Shown here piece by piece: positions 28,947 through 38,693 of a stretch of DNA of 58,177 nucleotides. The notes beneath the pieces were generated by a model, which saw only the letters and a list, made by a program, of their open reading frames with translations, was not told where the DNA came from and ran no database searches. Both the position numbers and the translations under genes were made by a program. This stretch comes from Hyphomicrobiales bacterium (GTDB lineage Bacteria > Pseudomonadota > Alphaproteobacteria > Rhizobiales > Aestuariivirgaceae). The stretch is taken from assembly GCA_020029455.1 (NCBI GenBank), contig JAIBJH010000003.1, positions 1-58,177 on the forward strand, read 5' to 3'. Every line of letters begins with the position of its first letter. Positions within the stretch are counted from its first letter, which is position 1.

Positions 28947-30341
28947 TTGCCCAACTTTCGTATTGAACAGGATTCCATCGGCGCCATGGAGCTGCCCGCC
29001 GATGCCAATTACGGAATCCAGACGGCGCGTGCGGCCACCAATTTTCCCATCACCGGCACGCTGCTCAGCCACTATCCGGAACTTGTGCAGTCGCTCGCCA
29101 TGACCAAAAAAGCGGCAGCACTCGCCAACATGGGACTCGGTGTGCTCGACCAGCGCATCGGCGGGGCCATCGTCAGGGCTGCAGATCGGGTGATCGCGGG
29201 TGAGGAGCATGACGATTTCATCGTCGACATGCTGCAGGGGGGTGCGGGAACATCGACCAACATGAACGCAAATGAAGTGATCTGCAACCTGGCGCTTCGC
29301 GAGTTGCAGCGGCCGCTGGGCGACTATGGGACCATTCATCCCAACGATCATGTGAACCTGTCGCAATCAACCAACGACGTCTATCCTACGGCCGTCAGGC
29401 TCACCATGCTGAGGGCCTGCCCGGCACTGATCGAGAGCCAGACCGCCCTCAAGGAAACGCTGCTCAAGAAAGCCGACGAGTTCCATCACATCATCAAGGT
29501 GGGGCGCACCCAGCTCATGGATGCGGTTCCCATGCGGCTTGGCTCGGAATTCCGGGCTTTTGCGGTGACAGTTGGCGAAGACATCGACCGGCTCAAGGAA
29601 TTTTCCGGGCTGCTGCGCGAGGTCAATCTCGGCGGCACGGCCATCGGTACGGGCATCAATGCGCCAAAGGGCTATTCTGCGGCGGCGATCAAACACCTCG
29701 CGCGGATTTCCGGAGTTGATCTCATTCCCGCCGGAGACCTGATCGAGGCCACTTCCGACATGGGGGCGTTCGTTACCTTCTCGGGCGTGTTGAAGCGGAT
29801 TGCCGTCAAGCTCTCCAAGATGTGCAACGACCTGCGCCTTCTCAACAGCGGGCCGCGCGCAGGGTTTGGCGAAATCCGCCTTCCCGCCATGCAGCCAGGC
29901 TCCTCTATCATGCCGGGAAAGGTCAATCCCGTCATGCCGGAAGTGATCAACCAGATTGCCTTCCAGGTCATCGGCAATGACCTGACCGTAACGATCGCGG
30001 CGGAAGCGGGTCAGCTGCAGCTCAATGCCATGGAGCCCGTCATTGTCTTCAACATCCTGCAGTCCATGCGCATGCTGACGCGCGGCATGAATGTGCTGCG
30101 GGAAAAATGCATCGATGGAATCGAAGCTGACGAAGAACGCTGCCGCGAGCTTCTTGAGCATTCGCTGGTGGCCGTGACGGCGATCAATCCCTATGTCGGC
30201 TATGGTGAGGCAAGCCGTGTCGCCAAGAAAGCTCTCAAGGAGCGGCGCAGCATCCGCGACATCGTGCTTGCCGAGAAGCTGATGAGCGAGGCCCAGCTAA
30301 CGGAGGCTTTTTCCGTCGAGACGCTGCTTGGCGGAAGGTAG
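28947..30341 (+). CDS. aspA: Aspartate ammonia-lyase
   Basis: QGGAGTSTNMNANEV, SQSTNDVYPT, GSSIMPGKVNP and GQLQLNAMEP. Confidence 0.93.
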   Translation: MPNFRIEQDSIGAMELPADANYGIQTARAATNFPITGTLLSHYPELVQSLAMTKKAAALANMGLGVLDQRIGGAIVRAADRVIAGEEHDDFIVDMLQGGAGTSTNMNANEVICNLALRELQRPLGDYGTIHPNDHVNLSQSTNDVYPTAVRLTMLRACPALIESQTALKETLLKKADEFHHIIKVGRTQLMDAVPMRLGSEFRAFAVTVGEDIDRLKEFSGLLREVNLGGTAIGTGINAPKGYSAAAIKHLARISGVDLIPAGDLIEATSDMGAFVTFSGVLKRIAVKLSKMCNDLRLLNSGPRAGFGEIRLPAMQPGSSIMPGKVNPVMPEVINQIAFQVIGNDLTVTIAAEAGQLQLNAMEPVIVFNILQSMRMLTRGMNVLREKCIDGIEADEERCRELLEHSLVAVTAINPYVGYGEASRVAKKALKERRSIRDIVLAEKLMSEAQLTEAFSVETLLGGR

Positions 30342-30344
30342 CGA

Positions 30345-30617
30345 TTATTCCTCGTCGAATTTGCTTGCCACGAGCGCCGATAGGGCTTCCATGGCAGCGT
30401 CTGCTTGCGGCCCGCTAATCTCCACGGTGATCGAGGTTCCGAGGGAGGCTGCGAGCATCATCAACCCCATAATTGATGTTCCGGGCACGGACTGGCCGTC
30501 GCGGCTCACGGTCACGGAGGCATCGAAACCCTCAGCGCATTTGACGAACTTCGCGGAAGCACGGGCGTGCAGGCCGCGCTGGTTGATGATCGGCATCTCG
30601 CGCACCAGTATCGCCAT
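30345..30617 (-). CDS. ptsH: HPr/NPr phosphocarrier protein
   Basis: GLHARASA (His15) and SIMGLMML (Ser46). Confidence 0.93.
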   Translation of the reverse strand: MAILVREMPIINQRGLHARASAKFVKCAEGFDASVTVSRDGQSVPGTSIMGLMMLAASLGTSITVEISGPQADAAMEALSALVASKFDEE

Positions 30618-30619
30618 GC

Positions 30620-31018
30620 TCAGTCGCCGAGGACCTGGCTTGCAATGTTGATGTATTTGCGGCCCGCATCCTGCGCAGCCATTACAGCCTTGTGCAGGGT
30701 ACAGTCGTTGCGGATGCGCGCGAGCTTCACCAGCATGGGCAGGTTGAGGCCGGCTACCACTTCAATGCGGCCCTCTTCGAGAAGGGATATGGCGAGATTG
30801 GAAGGCGTGCCGCCGAACATGTCGGTGAGGAGAATGACGCCTTGGCCGGTTTCGACGCGGGCGACGGCGGCGGAAATGTCGGCCCTTCTTTCGTCCATAC
30901 GGTCCTCGGGACCGATGCAAACCGCTTCAAGCTGGGTCTGCTTTCCGACCACATGTTCGAGCGCATGGATGAATTCCGCGGCGAGCCGGCCGTGGGTGAC
31001 AACGACGAGACCGATCAT
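30620..31018 (-). CDS. PTS EIIA component, mannose/fructose family (ManX-like)
   Basis: MIGLVVVTHG, LTDMFGGTPSN and GLNLPML. Confidence 0.93.
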   Translation of the reverse strand: MIGLVVVTHGRLAAEFIHALEHVVGKQTQLEAVCIGPEDRMDERRADISAAVARVETGQGVILLTDMFGGTPSNLAISLLEEGRIEVVAGLNLPMLVKLARIRNDCTLHKAVMAAQDAGRKYINIASQVLGD

Positions 31019-31121
31019 GCCGGGATTGAGTCTTCTGCCATGGAGAATGTCCGAAATCTGGGGCAATTTGATATGGGTCACGCTGTTTACGCTGGCCCCA
31101 ACAGCGGGGCAACATTTCCTT

Positions 31122-31574
31122 TCAGACCCTCAAGAACGCCGCCCGGACACGGGAGGAGAGGGCCTTACCCTCACGGTTCAACCGGATGAGCGGGACCGCT
31201 ATGCCGAGAAGCACCGCTGCCTCATCATCCACATCCGGCAAGCGCGGCGCCCCATGGGCGGGCACCAGATCGACGATGAGCTTCAAGGCCGCCGGGCCTG
31301 CCGCCTGCACCTTCACGATGCCGAGGCCCCGCACTTCCAGAAGGCCTGCAAGCGCGGGGGGCGCCGAACACCAGATCTTGCCGCCATCAGCCGTCAGGAG
31401 TGTCTGGTCATCGGATATGAGGCTCGCCTGCAGAATCCCATCACCGAGACCCGAGCCCGGCAGTTCGATGAGCTCCAAAGCAAGGGTCGATTTTCCCGCA
31501 CCCGGCTCACCCCGGATCAAGATGGCCGCGCCGGAAATGGAGACTGCCGTGGCGTGTACTGTGATACCCAGCAT
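31122..31574 (-). CDS. hprK: Short alphaproteobacterial HPr kinase/phosphorylase
   Basis: VHATAV, GEPGAGKS, LISDD and GLLEVRGLGI. Confidence 0.9.
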   Translation of the reverse strand: MLGITVHATAVSISGAAILIRGEPGAGKSTLALELIELPGSGLGDGILQASLISDDQTLLTADGGKIWCSAPPALAGLLEVRGLGIVKVQAAGPAALKLIVDLVPAHGAPRLPDVDDEAAVLLGIAVPLIRLNREGKALSSRVRAAFLRV

Positions 31575-31576
31575 TC

Positions 31577-33409
31577 TCAACGGGACCTGGATACCGGCCT
31601 GTCGATTGTGGATGCTTCCCGCAAGGGTAGACGGACAATCAGCCGCGCACCCAGCACCGGTGTCTCTCCATCTCCCGCAGCCTTGCCCTTGCGGTTCTCC
31701 GCCCAAACACGGCCGCCATGGGCCTCGACGATTTGGCGCGAAATTGCCAGGCCCAACCCCGAATTGTTGCCGAAACTCTGATCGGGTCTGTCGGTATAGA
31801 AACGTTCGAAAATCCGGTCGAGGTTCTCTGGCCGAACGCCCGGGCCCCTGTCTTCCACGCGAATTTCAAGATGGGCGCGCGTCCGGCGCATGCGGACATT
31901 GATCTTTGTGCCTGGCGCCGTGAAGGAACGGGCGTTGTCGATGAGATTGCGGAAGACCTGGCTCAGGCGCGAATCCTGTCCAGGCAGCGTATAGGTTTCC
32001 GCCAATGTTTTGGCGCCACCCGGCGGCTCGATTGTCAGAATGACTTCCGGCTCATCTCCTTTCACCAGTTCATTCGACATGGAAACGATGGCGCCAAGAA
32101 GCCTTGAAAGGTCGACGGGCTGGCTTTCGGTACGCGCCAATTCCGCATCGAGCCTGGAGGCATCGGAAATGTCGGTGATGAGCCGGTCCATGCGCCGCAC
32201 ATCCTGTTTGACGATGTCGATGAGACGTTTTCTCTGCTCGTCAGTCTTGACGAGAGTCAATGTTTCCACGGCGCTGCGCAGGGAAGTGAGCGGATTCTTC
32301 AACTCATGGGACACATCCGCCGCGAAAGCCTCGATGGCGTCGATGCGGTTGTAGAGCGCGTTGGTCATGGCACGCATGGAGGCAGACAGTCGCCCGATTT
32401 CATCCTTGCGGCTCGAGAAATCCGGAACTTCCACGCGTTTTGAAATGCCCTGGCGAACTTTGCGCGCCGCATCGGATAGTTTGCGGATGGGATTTGCAAT
32501 GGTTGCGGCGAGAAGGGCTGAGAGAAGAAGCGAGACAAGCGTTGCCAAACCGAAGGTGAGCAGCACAACGCGCCGTTCGGCGCGCAGCACGCCATCGATT
32601 TCACCCCCGGCATTGGAGAGGACAAGTGCGCCCAACACGGCGCGAAAGCGCTGGATGGGCACGGTGACCACGACAATGATTTCGCGCTTGTCGTCAAGCC
32701 GGACCAAGCTGACATTTGCGCCATTCAATGCAGCGGCTATTTCCGGCTTCTTGTCATTGCCGTCGAGGCCGTAGTCAACGTGGGCGGGATAGTCGGAGCC
32801 CAGCATCCAATCGAGCCACTGGTCCCACCAGCTCTGGCCTGAATTCTCTCCGGGCTTTGTGCCGTCATTGGGCAGGATTTCAATGGTGTCACTACCGAGA
32901 AAATAACGGCTGTCCACCACGAGGTTGCCCTGCGGGTCGATGACCTGGGCGCGGTTTGAGGTGTTGCCGAGAAGCCTTCTCAGAACAGGGCTCGCCGTTT
33001 CGGGGTTGATGGGAAAATCGAGGCCTTCCGGCAGTTCTCCTTCCTCGAGCGTCTCGGGCGCTTCATCAAGCGAGTCCGGATTGACGACAATGGAGCCGGT
33101 ATCGACAGTGGCCGATCCTGCGAGAGCTGCTGAGATGATTTGCGCCTGGGTGCGCAGCGACTGGGCCCGCGCATCGATAAGGCTTTGGCGGAATTGGTTG
33201 AAGTAGAGAGTGCCAAGGGCCAGGATCAGAAGGCCCAGCAGATTGATGAGAAAGATGCGAGCAATGAGGCTTGCCGGCGTCAGCCTTCCAATCCAGGACT
33301 GGGCAGGTTCTTGTGCCTGCTCCTGGCTTTGCGCGGAATCATCCATGGCCGGTGTTTCTTCCGGCTCGATGCGTTCCGTTTCGGCGGGAGTTTTAACCTG
33401 TTCCAGCAT
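31577..33409 (-). CDS. chvG: Sensor histidine kinase ChvG/ExoS/BvrS
   Basis: LYFNQFRQSLIDAR, DFPINPE, HAMP domain, ADVSHELKNPLTS and GNNSGLGL; chvI-chvG-hprK synteny. Confidence 0.93.
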   Translation of the reverse strand: MLEQVKTPAETERIEPEETPAMDDSAQSQEQAQEPAQSWIGRLTPASLIARIFLINLLGLLILALGTLYFNQFRQSLIDARAQSLRTQAQIISAALAGSATVDTGSIVVNPDSLDEAPETLEEGELPEGLDFPINPETASPVLRRLLGNTSNRAQVIDPQGNLVVDSRYFLGSDTIEILPNDGTKPGENSGQSWWDQWLDWMLGSDYPAHVDYGLDGNDKKPEIAAALNGANVSLVRLDDKREIIVVVTVPIQRFRAVLGALVLSNAGGEIDGVLRAERRVVLLTFGLATLVSLLLSALLAATIANPIRKLSDAARKVRQGISKRVEVPDFSSRKDEIGRLSASMRAMTNALYNRIDAIEAFAADVSHELKNPLTSLRSAVETLTLVKTDEQRKRLIDIVKQDVRRMDRLITDISDASRLDAELARTESQPVDLSRLLGAIVSMSNELVKGDEPEVILTIEPPGGAKTLAETYTLPGQDSRLSQVFRNLIDNARSFTAPGTKINVRMRRTRAHLEIRVEDRGPGVRPENLDRIFERFYTDRPDQSFGNNSGLGLAISRQIVEAHGGRVWAENRKGKAAGDGETPVLGARLIVRLPLREASTIDRPVSRSR

Positions 33410-33478
33410 TACATCCCGGTTTTAGAACATTCCAGCACCCGGCGAACAGTTGGAATCAACTGGTCACCGATACACCGC

Positions 33479-34189
33479 CTACTGCTCCTTGAACCGGTAA
33501 CCAACGCCATAGAGCGTTTCAATGCCATCGAAGGTAGAGTCAACCTGGCTGAATTTCTTGCGCAGCCGCTTGATGTGGCTGTCGATGGTGCGGTCGTCCA
33601 CATAGACCTGGTCGTCGTAAGCTGCATCCATCAGAGCATCGCGGCTCTTCACAATGCCTGGACGCTGGGCCAGCGACTGCAGGATGAGGAATTCCGTCAC
33701 AGTGAGCACCACAGGTTTGCCATCCCAGGTGCAGGAGTGGCGGTCGGTGTCCATTAGCAGCTTGCCGCGCTCGATCACCTTGGCCGCTTCCTGGGGCACC
33801 GCCACGCCATCGCGTGCGCCCGCCCGGCGCAGAACGGCCCTTACCCGCTCCACCAGCAGGCGCTGCGAGAAGGGTTTCTTGATGAAATCATCGGCACCCA
33901 TCTTAAGGCCAAAAAGCTCATCTATCTCGTCATCCTTGGAGGTGAGAAATATGACAGGTAGATCGGTTTTCTGGCGGATGCGGCGCAGAAGCTCCATGCC
34001 GTCCATGCGCGGCATCTTGATGTCAAAGATGGCAACATCCGGCGGGTTATCCTGGAGACCCTGGAGTGCGGCTGCGCCATCATTGTATTTTTGCACCGCA
34101 TAGCCTTCTGCCTCCATGGTCATGCCGACGGAGGTGAGAATGTTGCGGTCATCGTCGACGAGGGCAATTGTGGGCATTTTCTTGTTCAT
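33479..34189 (-). CDS. chvI: Response regulator ChvI/BvrR
   Basis: [24 protein letters not shown] and [18 protein letters not shown]. Confidence 0.96.
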   Translation of the reverse strand: MNKKMPTIALVDDDRNILTSVGMTMEAEGYAVQKYNDGAAALQGLQDNPPDVAIFDIKMPRMDGMELLRRIRQKTDLPVIFLTSKDDEIDELFGLKMGADDFIKKPFSQRLLVERVRAVLRRAGARDGVAVPQEAAKVIERGKLLMDTDRHSCTWDGKPVVLTVTEFLILQSLAQRPGIVKSRDALMDAAYDDQVYVDDRTIDSHIKRLRKKFSQVDSTFDGIETLYGVGYRFKEQ

Positions 34190-34281
34190 TCCTTTCGTAG
34201 CCTCCTGTCGCATAGGTATGAAAGTGGAACAAAATGTGGCAGCTGATATAGGCCTTCGGGCCATGAATTACGAGTGTTGAA

Positions 34282-34749
34282 ATGGAATCACCAAAGCAAG
34301 AAGGCATCAGAAGCGCAGTAGCGCTGATCAAGGCGGGCGGCACCGGATCCCTGTCGGTCATCGACATCAAGAGCGGGGGGCCGTTCGTGACCTTGGTTAA
34401 CATCGCGACCGATCAAGGGCTCAGGCCCCTCATCCTCACTTCGGCGCTTTCCCACCACACGCAGTGCCTCAAGGCCAATCCAAGAGCGGCCATCATGCTG
34501 CACGCCCCGTTGCCAGATGATGGTGACCCATTGACCGCGCTGCGCGTGACACTCACTGGCATTTTTCAGCCGGTGGACAGGATGGAAGCTGAAGCCATGT
34601 TCCTCGGCCGGCATCCTTATGCCGAGCTTTACGCCGGACTGGGCGACTTCGGCTTCTGGCGGATGGAACCGGAGCATACGCACATCATTGCTGGGTTTGG
34701 CCGCGCCTATAGCTCGCCATTCAGGGATCTCGCCGCGCGCGCGCTCTGA
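34282..34749 (+). CDS. Pyridoxamine 5'-phosphate oxidase-like / HugZ-family split-barrel protein
   Basis: G.PFVTLV, S.LS.HT..L..NPR, DPL...RVTL.G, HP.A..Y...GDF and AGFGRA. Confidence 0.82.
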   Translation: MESPKQEGIRSAVALIKAGGTGSLSVIDIKSGGPFVTLVNIATDQGLRPLILTSALSHHTQCLKANPRAAIMLHAPLPDDGDPLTALRVTLTGIFQPVDRMEAEAMFLGRHPYAELYAGLGDFGFWRMEPEHTHIIAGFGRAYSSPFRDLAARAL

Positions 34750-34754
34750 AGTTT

Positions 34755-35375
34755 TCAATTCGGCAGGAGAATGTCAGCTTTTAGGCTGTTGCCGAGAACG
34801 GTGCGGGCATTGGGCATGTCATTTGTTTCGATCCAGTGTGCCGCAAACGCCTCACTGTGGCCATGCTCCAATATGCGGTGGGTGAGGCGGCGCTGCAATT
34901 CCGCCTCGGGCACATCTAGCATCATGGTGAAATCAAACAGCGGCCGCAGACTGTTCCATGGCGGCAACTTCAAGAGCAGATAGTTACCTTCAACAAGAAT
35001 GAACTTTTCATGGGAACTTACGACCGCCGCCGCAGCGCGCGACAATTCCAGTGCACGATCGAACAGAGGAATGGCCACATCAGGTTCGCAGGACTTAATG
35101 CGCTTGAGAAGGACAGCAAGGCTCGCAACGTCAAAGGTATGCGGTGCCCCCTTACGAGCACGGTCTCCACGTGCATTGAGGATGGCATCGTCGAAATGGA
35201 AGCCGTCCATTGGAACAACGATGGCTCTTTGTCCGTGCCGCTTCAGTTCTTCGCAAAGATTTGCGGCAATCGTTGATTTCCCCGAACCCGGAGCGCCGGC
35301 AATGGCAACCAGCACGCGCGAGGCGATTTCAGCGCGCGCAATAAGTTCGCTGGCGAGCCTGCCCGCATCCGCCAT
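34755..35375 (-). CDS. frcK: FrcK/YggC-like P-loop kinase of the fructose transport operon
   Basis: GAPGSGKST, PMDGFH, RKGAPHTFD and EGNYLLL; last gene of the frc operon. Confidence 0.82.
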   Translation of the reverse strand: MADAGRLASELIARAEIASRVLVAIAGAPGSGKSTIAANLCEELKRHGQRAIVVPMDGFHFDDAILNARGDRARKGAPHTFDVASLAVLLKRIKSCEPDVAIPLFDRALELSRAAAAVVSSHEKFILVEGNYLLLKLPPWNSLRPLFDFTMMLDVPEAELQRRLTHRILEHGHSEAFAAHWIETNDMPNARTVLGNSLKADILLPN

Positions 35376-36262
35376 CAGGTCATAAGTTCCGGCGGCGGGG
35401 CCTTGGCGCCCGTCATCAATGCAACGGCGTCCGACATGGAGAAATCTTTGGGCCTGATGGTGCAGAGCCTGCGGCCTAGCCTATGGATATGGATGCGGTC
35501 ACAAACTTCGAAGACATGGGGCATGTTGTGCGAGATCAGGATGATGGGAAGACCGCGGCGCTTCACGTCGCGGATCAGTTCCAAGACGCGGCGCGATTCC
35601 TTGACGCCGAGCGCTGCTGTCGGCTCATCCATGATGACGACTTTCGAGCCAAAGGCTGCAGCACGGGCCACAGCGACGCCCTGGCGCTGACCGCCTGAGA
35701 GCGTTTCCACCGCCTGGTCAATGTTCTGGATGGTCATAAGACCCAGTTCCGAGAGTTTTTCGCGGGCGAATTTCTGCATGGCCGCGCGGTCCGACAGGCG
35801 GAAAAAGCTGCCAAGGAAACCAGGTTTCTTGATCTCGCGGCCCAGGAACATGTTGTCGGCAATGGAGAGAGCAGGCGACAATGCAAGATTCTGATAGACC
35901 GTTTCAATGCCGGCATCGCGGCCATCCTGCGGTGAACGGAAATGTACCGTCTTTCCTTCCAGGCTGATCTCGCCGTGGTCGGGAGTTACGGCACCGCACA
36001 ACGCCTTGATAAGCGTTGATTTTCCGGCGCCGTTATCCCCGATAACACCGAGGATTTCACCGGGATAAAGATCAAAGTCAGCGTGGTTGAGGGCAACCAC
36101 CGTGCCATATTTCTTGGTGAGGCCGCGGGCCATGAGAATTGGCTCCCTGGCGGGCGCATGGGCCGCGGTACCGGCGGCTTTCGGAGACGCCACGGATTCG
36201 ACATTCTCCCTGGGGACAGCGGCTTTTTTCGCCACGGTTTTCTTGGCTGTTTTCTTGGCCAT
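35375..36262 (-). CDS. frcA: Sugar (fructose) ABC transporter ATP-binding protein
   Basis: GDNGAGKST, LSGGQRQ, MDEPTAALG and ISHNMPHV; Lys/Ala-rich N-terminal extension. Confidence 0.9.
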   Translation of the reverse strand: MAKKTAKKTVAKKAAVPRENVESVASPKAAGTAAHAPAREPILMARGLTKKYGTVVALNHADFDLYPGEILGVIGDNGAGKSTLIKALCGAVTPDHGEISLEGKTVHFRSPQDGRDAGIETVYQNLALSPALSIADNMFLGREIKKPGFLGSFFRLSDRAAMQKFAREKLSELGLMTIQNIDQAVETLSGGQRQGVAVARAAAFGSKVVIMDEPTAALGVKESRRVLELIRDVKRRGLPIILISHNMPHVFEVCDRIHIHRLGRRLCTIRPKDFSMSDAVALMTGAKAPPPELMT

Positions 36263-36273
36263 GTTCTTCAACC

Positions 36274-37362
36274 TTATTGCGATGCGCGGCGCAGCCACTG
36301 GTCAATGGCGACGGCGATGATAACGAGACAGCCCGAGGCGAAGAGCTGCCAGTAACTGTCAACACCCGCCAACGCGAGGCCGGTGTTGAACACGCCGACG
36401 ATGATAGCACCCAGAACCGAGCCAATGATTGAGGCGCGACCGCCGAACAGGGATGTACCGCCAATCACCACGGCGGTAATGGAGTCGAGTGCTACGGTCT
36501 CAAAGGCAATCGGCGACATGGAACCGACACGGCCAATGGCAACCCAGGCGCCGAAGCTGCAAATCAAACCGGCCAACGCATAGACCGAGATCAAGGTGCG
36601 ACCTATTTGAACGCCAGACAACATGGCGGCATCCGGATCATCACCAACCGCCGTCACGTGGCGGCCCCATGCCGTCCGGTTCAATAGGTACCACACAATG
36701 AAGGCAAGCACGATCAGCGCAATGGAGCCATAGATAAATTTCGCCCCGCCAATATCGAATGCGGTGCCAAAAAACAGGAGACCCGGCGCTTTTTCCGCAA
36801 GATCGGCGGGACGGACGGATTCCGATCCGGTGTACCAGAGCTTGAGCGCGTTGTAGATATAGAGTGTTCCGAGCGTCACAATCAGCGGCGGAATGCGCGC
36901 TTTGGTGACTAGAATGCCGTTGAAGGCACCCATCAGTGTGCCAATTGCCATGCCTGCCGGAATGGCGAGATAGATTGGAACGTCAGACAGTGTTGTAAGG
37001 CGTCCCATGACCATGGCTGAGATCACCAGCATGGCCCCGACCGAAAGATCAATGCCAGCCGTGAGAATGACAATGGTCTGCGCAATCGCAACAATGCCTA
37101 CGACCGTCACCTGTTTGAGGATGAGAGACAGCGTGCCAGCCGTCATGAAGTTGTTGGCGATCACGCCAAAAGCGAGCACCGCGAACAGGATAATGATGGC
37201 TGGAATCGCGGTCGGATTTGCGCGCAGGAAGCCCCGAACCCATTGCAGGAGGGAGGCATCTTCTTCCTCGAAGTTCGCGACCGTTTGGTCGGCCTCATTC
37301 AATTGGGCTTCGAAATCGGAAATGGTTTTGGTTGGCGCGGCAGTGTCGCTCATGTCGCTCAT
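36274..37362 (-). CDS. frcC: Sugar (fructose) ABC transporter permease
   Basis: ILTAGIDLSVG, IVTLGT and AVVIGGTSLFGG. Confidence 0.9.
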   Translation of the reverse strand: MSDMSDTAAPTKTISDFEAQLNEADQTVANFEEEDASLLQWVRGFLRANPTAIPAIIILFAVLAFGVIANNFMTAGTLSLILKQVTVVGIVAIAQTIVILTAGIDLSVGAMLVISAMVMGRLTTLSDVPIYLAIPAGMAIGTLMGAFNGILVTKARIPPLIVTLGTLYIYNALKLWYTGSESVRPADLAEKAPGLLFFGTAFDIGGAKFIYGSIALIVLAFIVWYLLNRTAWGRHVTAVGDDPDAAMLSGVQIGRTLISVYALAGLICSFGAWVAIGRVGSMSPIAFETVALDSITAVVIGGTSLFGGRASIIGSVLGAIIVGVFNTGLALAGVDSYWQLFASGCLVIIAVAIDQWLRRASQ

Positions 37363-37479
37363 CAAGCCCCTATTGAACGTGTTCCCAAGTCCTGCGGGCT
37401 TCTTTGTGTCCCGACAGACGAAGGGCGACGATAAGGCCGCCCTTCGCAAGGTTCAAGACATCAAGCTTTCAAGAGGCGA

Positions 37480-38493
37480 TCAGCCCCAGCACTTCGCCAG
37501 GCCTTCCTTGGTGTCGATCGACTGCACGCCGTCGGCAGGCTTGTCGGTGATCAAGTTGACACCGGTATTGAAGAAGGAGAGGCCTTCCGAAACCGCCGGC
37601 TTGGAGCCATCCTTGGCGAAGGCAGCGATCGCCTCGATGCCCTTGGAGGCCATCAACAGCGGATATTGCTGCGATGTGGCGCCGATGACACCGCCGGCAA
37701 CCGACTTGACGCCGGGGCAGCCGCCGTCAACCGACACAATAAGCGCCTGGCCTTCTTTGCCAGCAGCCTTGAGTGCCGCATAGGCGCCTTCAGCAGCAGG
37801 TTCGTTGATGGTGTAGACCACGTTGATGTTGGGTTCTTTTGCGAGCAGCAGTTCCATGCCCTTTTGGCCACCTTCGGGGTTAGGACCCCAACCCTCATGA
37901 CCGACTACGCGTGGATCGGTTTCGGAGCCCAAGACCTTCGGGTTGGGCACTTCAATGCCAAAGCCCGTCAGGAAGCCCGTGTCACGCAGGACGTCAACCG
38001 AGATGTTGTCCTTGTTGATGTTCAGCATGGCGATCTTGGCATCAGCTGCCTTGTCACCCAACTGGGCCTTGGCCCACTTGCCGATGAGGAGACCAGCTTC
38101 GAAGTTATCGGTGGCAAAGGTCATGTCCTGAGCTTCAGTGTCGCCGAGAGGCGTGTCGAGGGAGATCACCAGGATGCCCTTGGAGCGGGCGTCCTTGAGG
38201 GCCGGGCCCACGTCGTCGTTCGATGGGGTGATGAGAATACCCTTTACGCCAGCGGCAACGCAGTTTTCAATCGCCGTGATCTGCGGAGCGGCGTCGCCGT
38301 CCTTTTCACCGGCGAAGGACTGAAGGTCAATGCCATTGGCGGCAGCGCCTTGTTCTGCACCTTCCTTCATCTTCACGAAGAAGGGGTTGGTGTTATTCTT
38401 GGTGATGAGGCAGGCGCCGACGCCAGCCTGTGCAGTGGAAGCGAGAGCAAAAAGGCCAACGCCTACGAGTGCGGTTTTCAGAAGAGCTTTCAC
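37480..38493 (-). CDS. frcB: Sugar (fructose) ABC transporter substrate-binding protein
   Basis: Signal peptide; [34 protein letters not shown] and QQYPL.MA. Confidence 0.9.
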   Translation of the reverse strand: MKALLKTALVGVGLFALASTAQAGVGACLITKNNTNPFFVKMKEGAEQGAAANGIDLQSFAGEKDGDAAPQITAIENCVAAGVKGILITPSNDDVGPALKDARSKGILVISLDTPLGDTEAQDMTFATDNFEAGLLIGKWAKAQLGDKAADAKIAMLNINKDNISVDVLRDTGFLTGFGIEVPNPKVLGSETDPRVVGHEGWGPNPEGGQKGMELLLAKEPNINVVYTINEPAAEGAYAALKAAGKEGQALIVSVDGGCPGVKSVAGGVIGATSQQYPLLMASKGIEAIAAFAKDGSKPAVSEGLSFFNTGVNLITDKPADGVQSIDTKEGLAKCWG

Positions 38494-38608
38494 GTTTCAT
38501 TCCTCCCATGGATGTCCGGCTGAGCCGGCTTCGAAAGCGATTGCAGCATCACGGCCCGGCAATGGGCCCTGACACTGCTTGTCATGATGGGCCAAATCTT
38601 GCGTTTGA

Positions 38609-38643
38609 GTCAATAGATAAATCCACTGGATTTATTTATTGAC
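38609..38643. promoter_or_regulatory. Long palindromic operator (putative FrcR site) covering back-to-back -35 boxes
   Basis: GTCAATAGATAAATCCA-C-TGGATTTATTTATTGAC: 17-bp arms with 1 mismatch and TTGAC at each end. Confidence 0.7.
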
Positions 38644-38693
38644 AAATGGCTTTTGCTGACAGAGCCTTGGTCTGGCTAGTATGTCAGTGCGCC

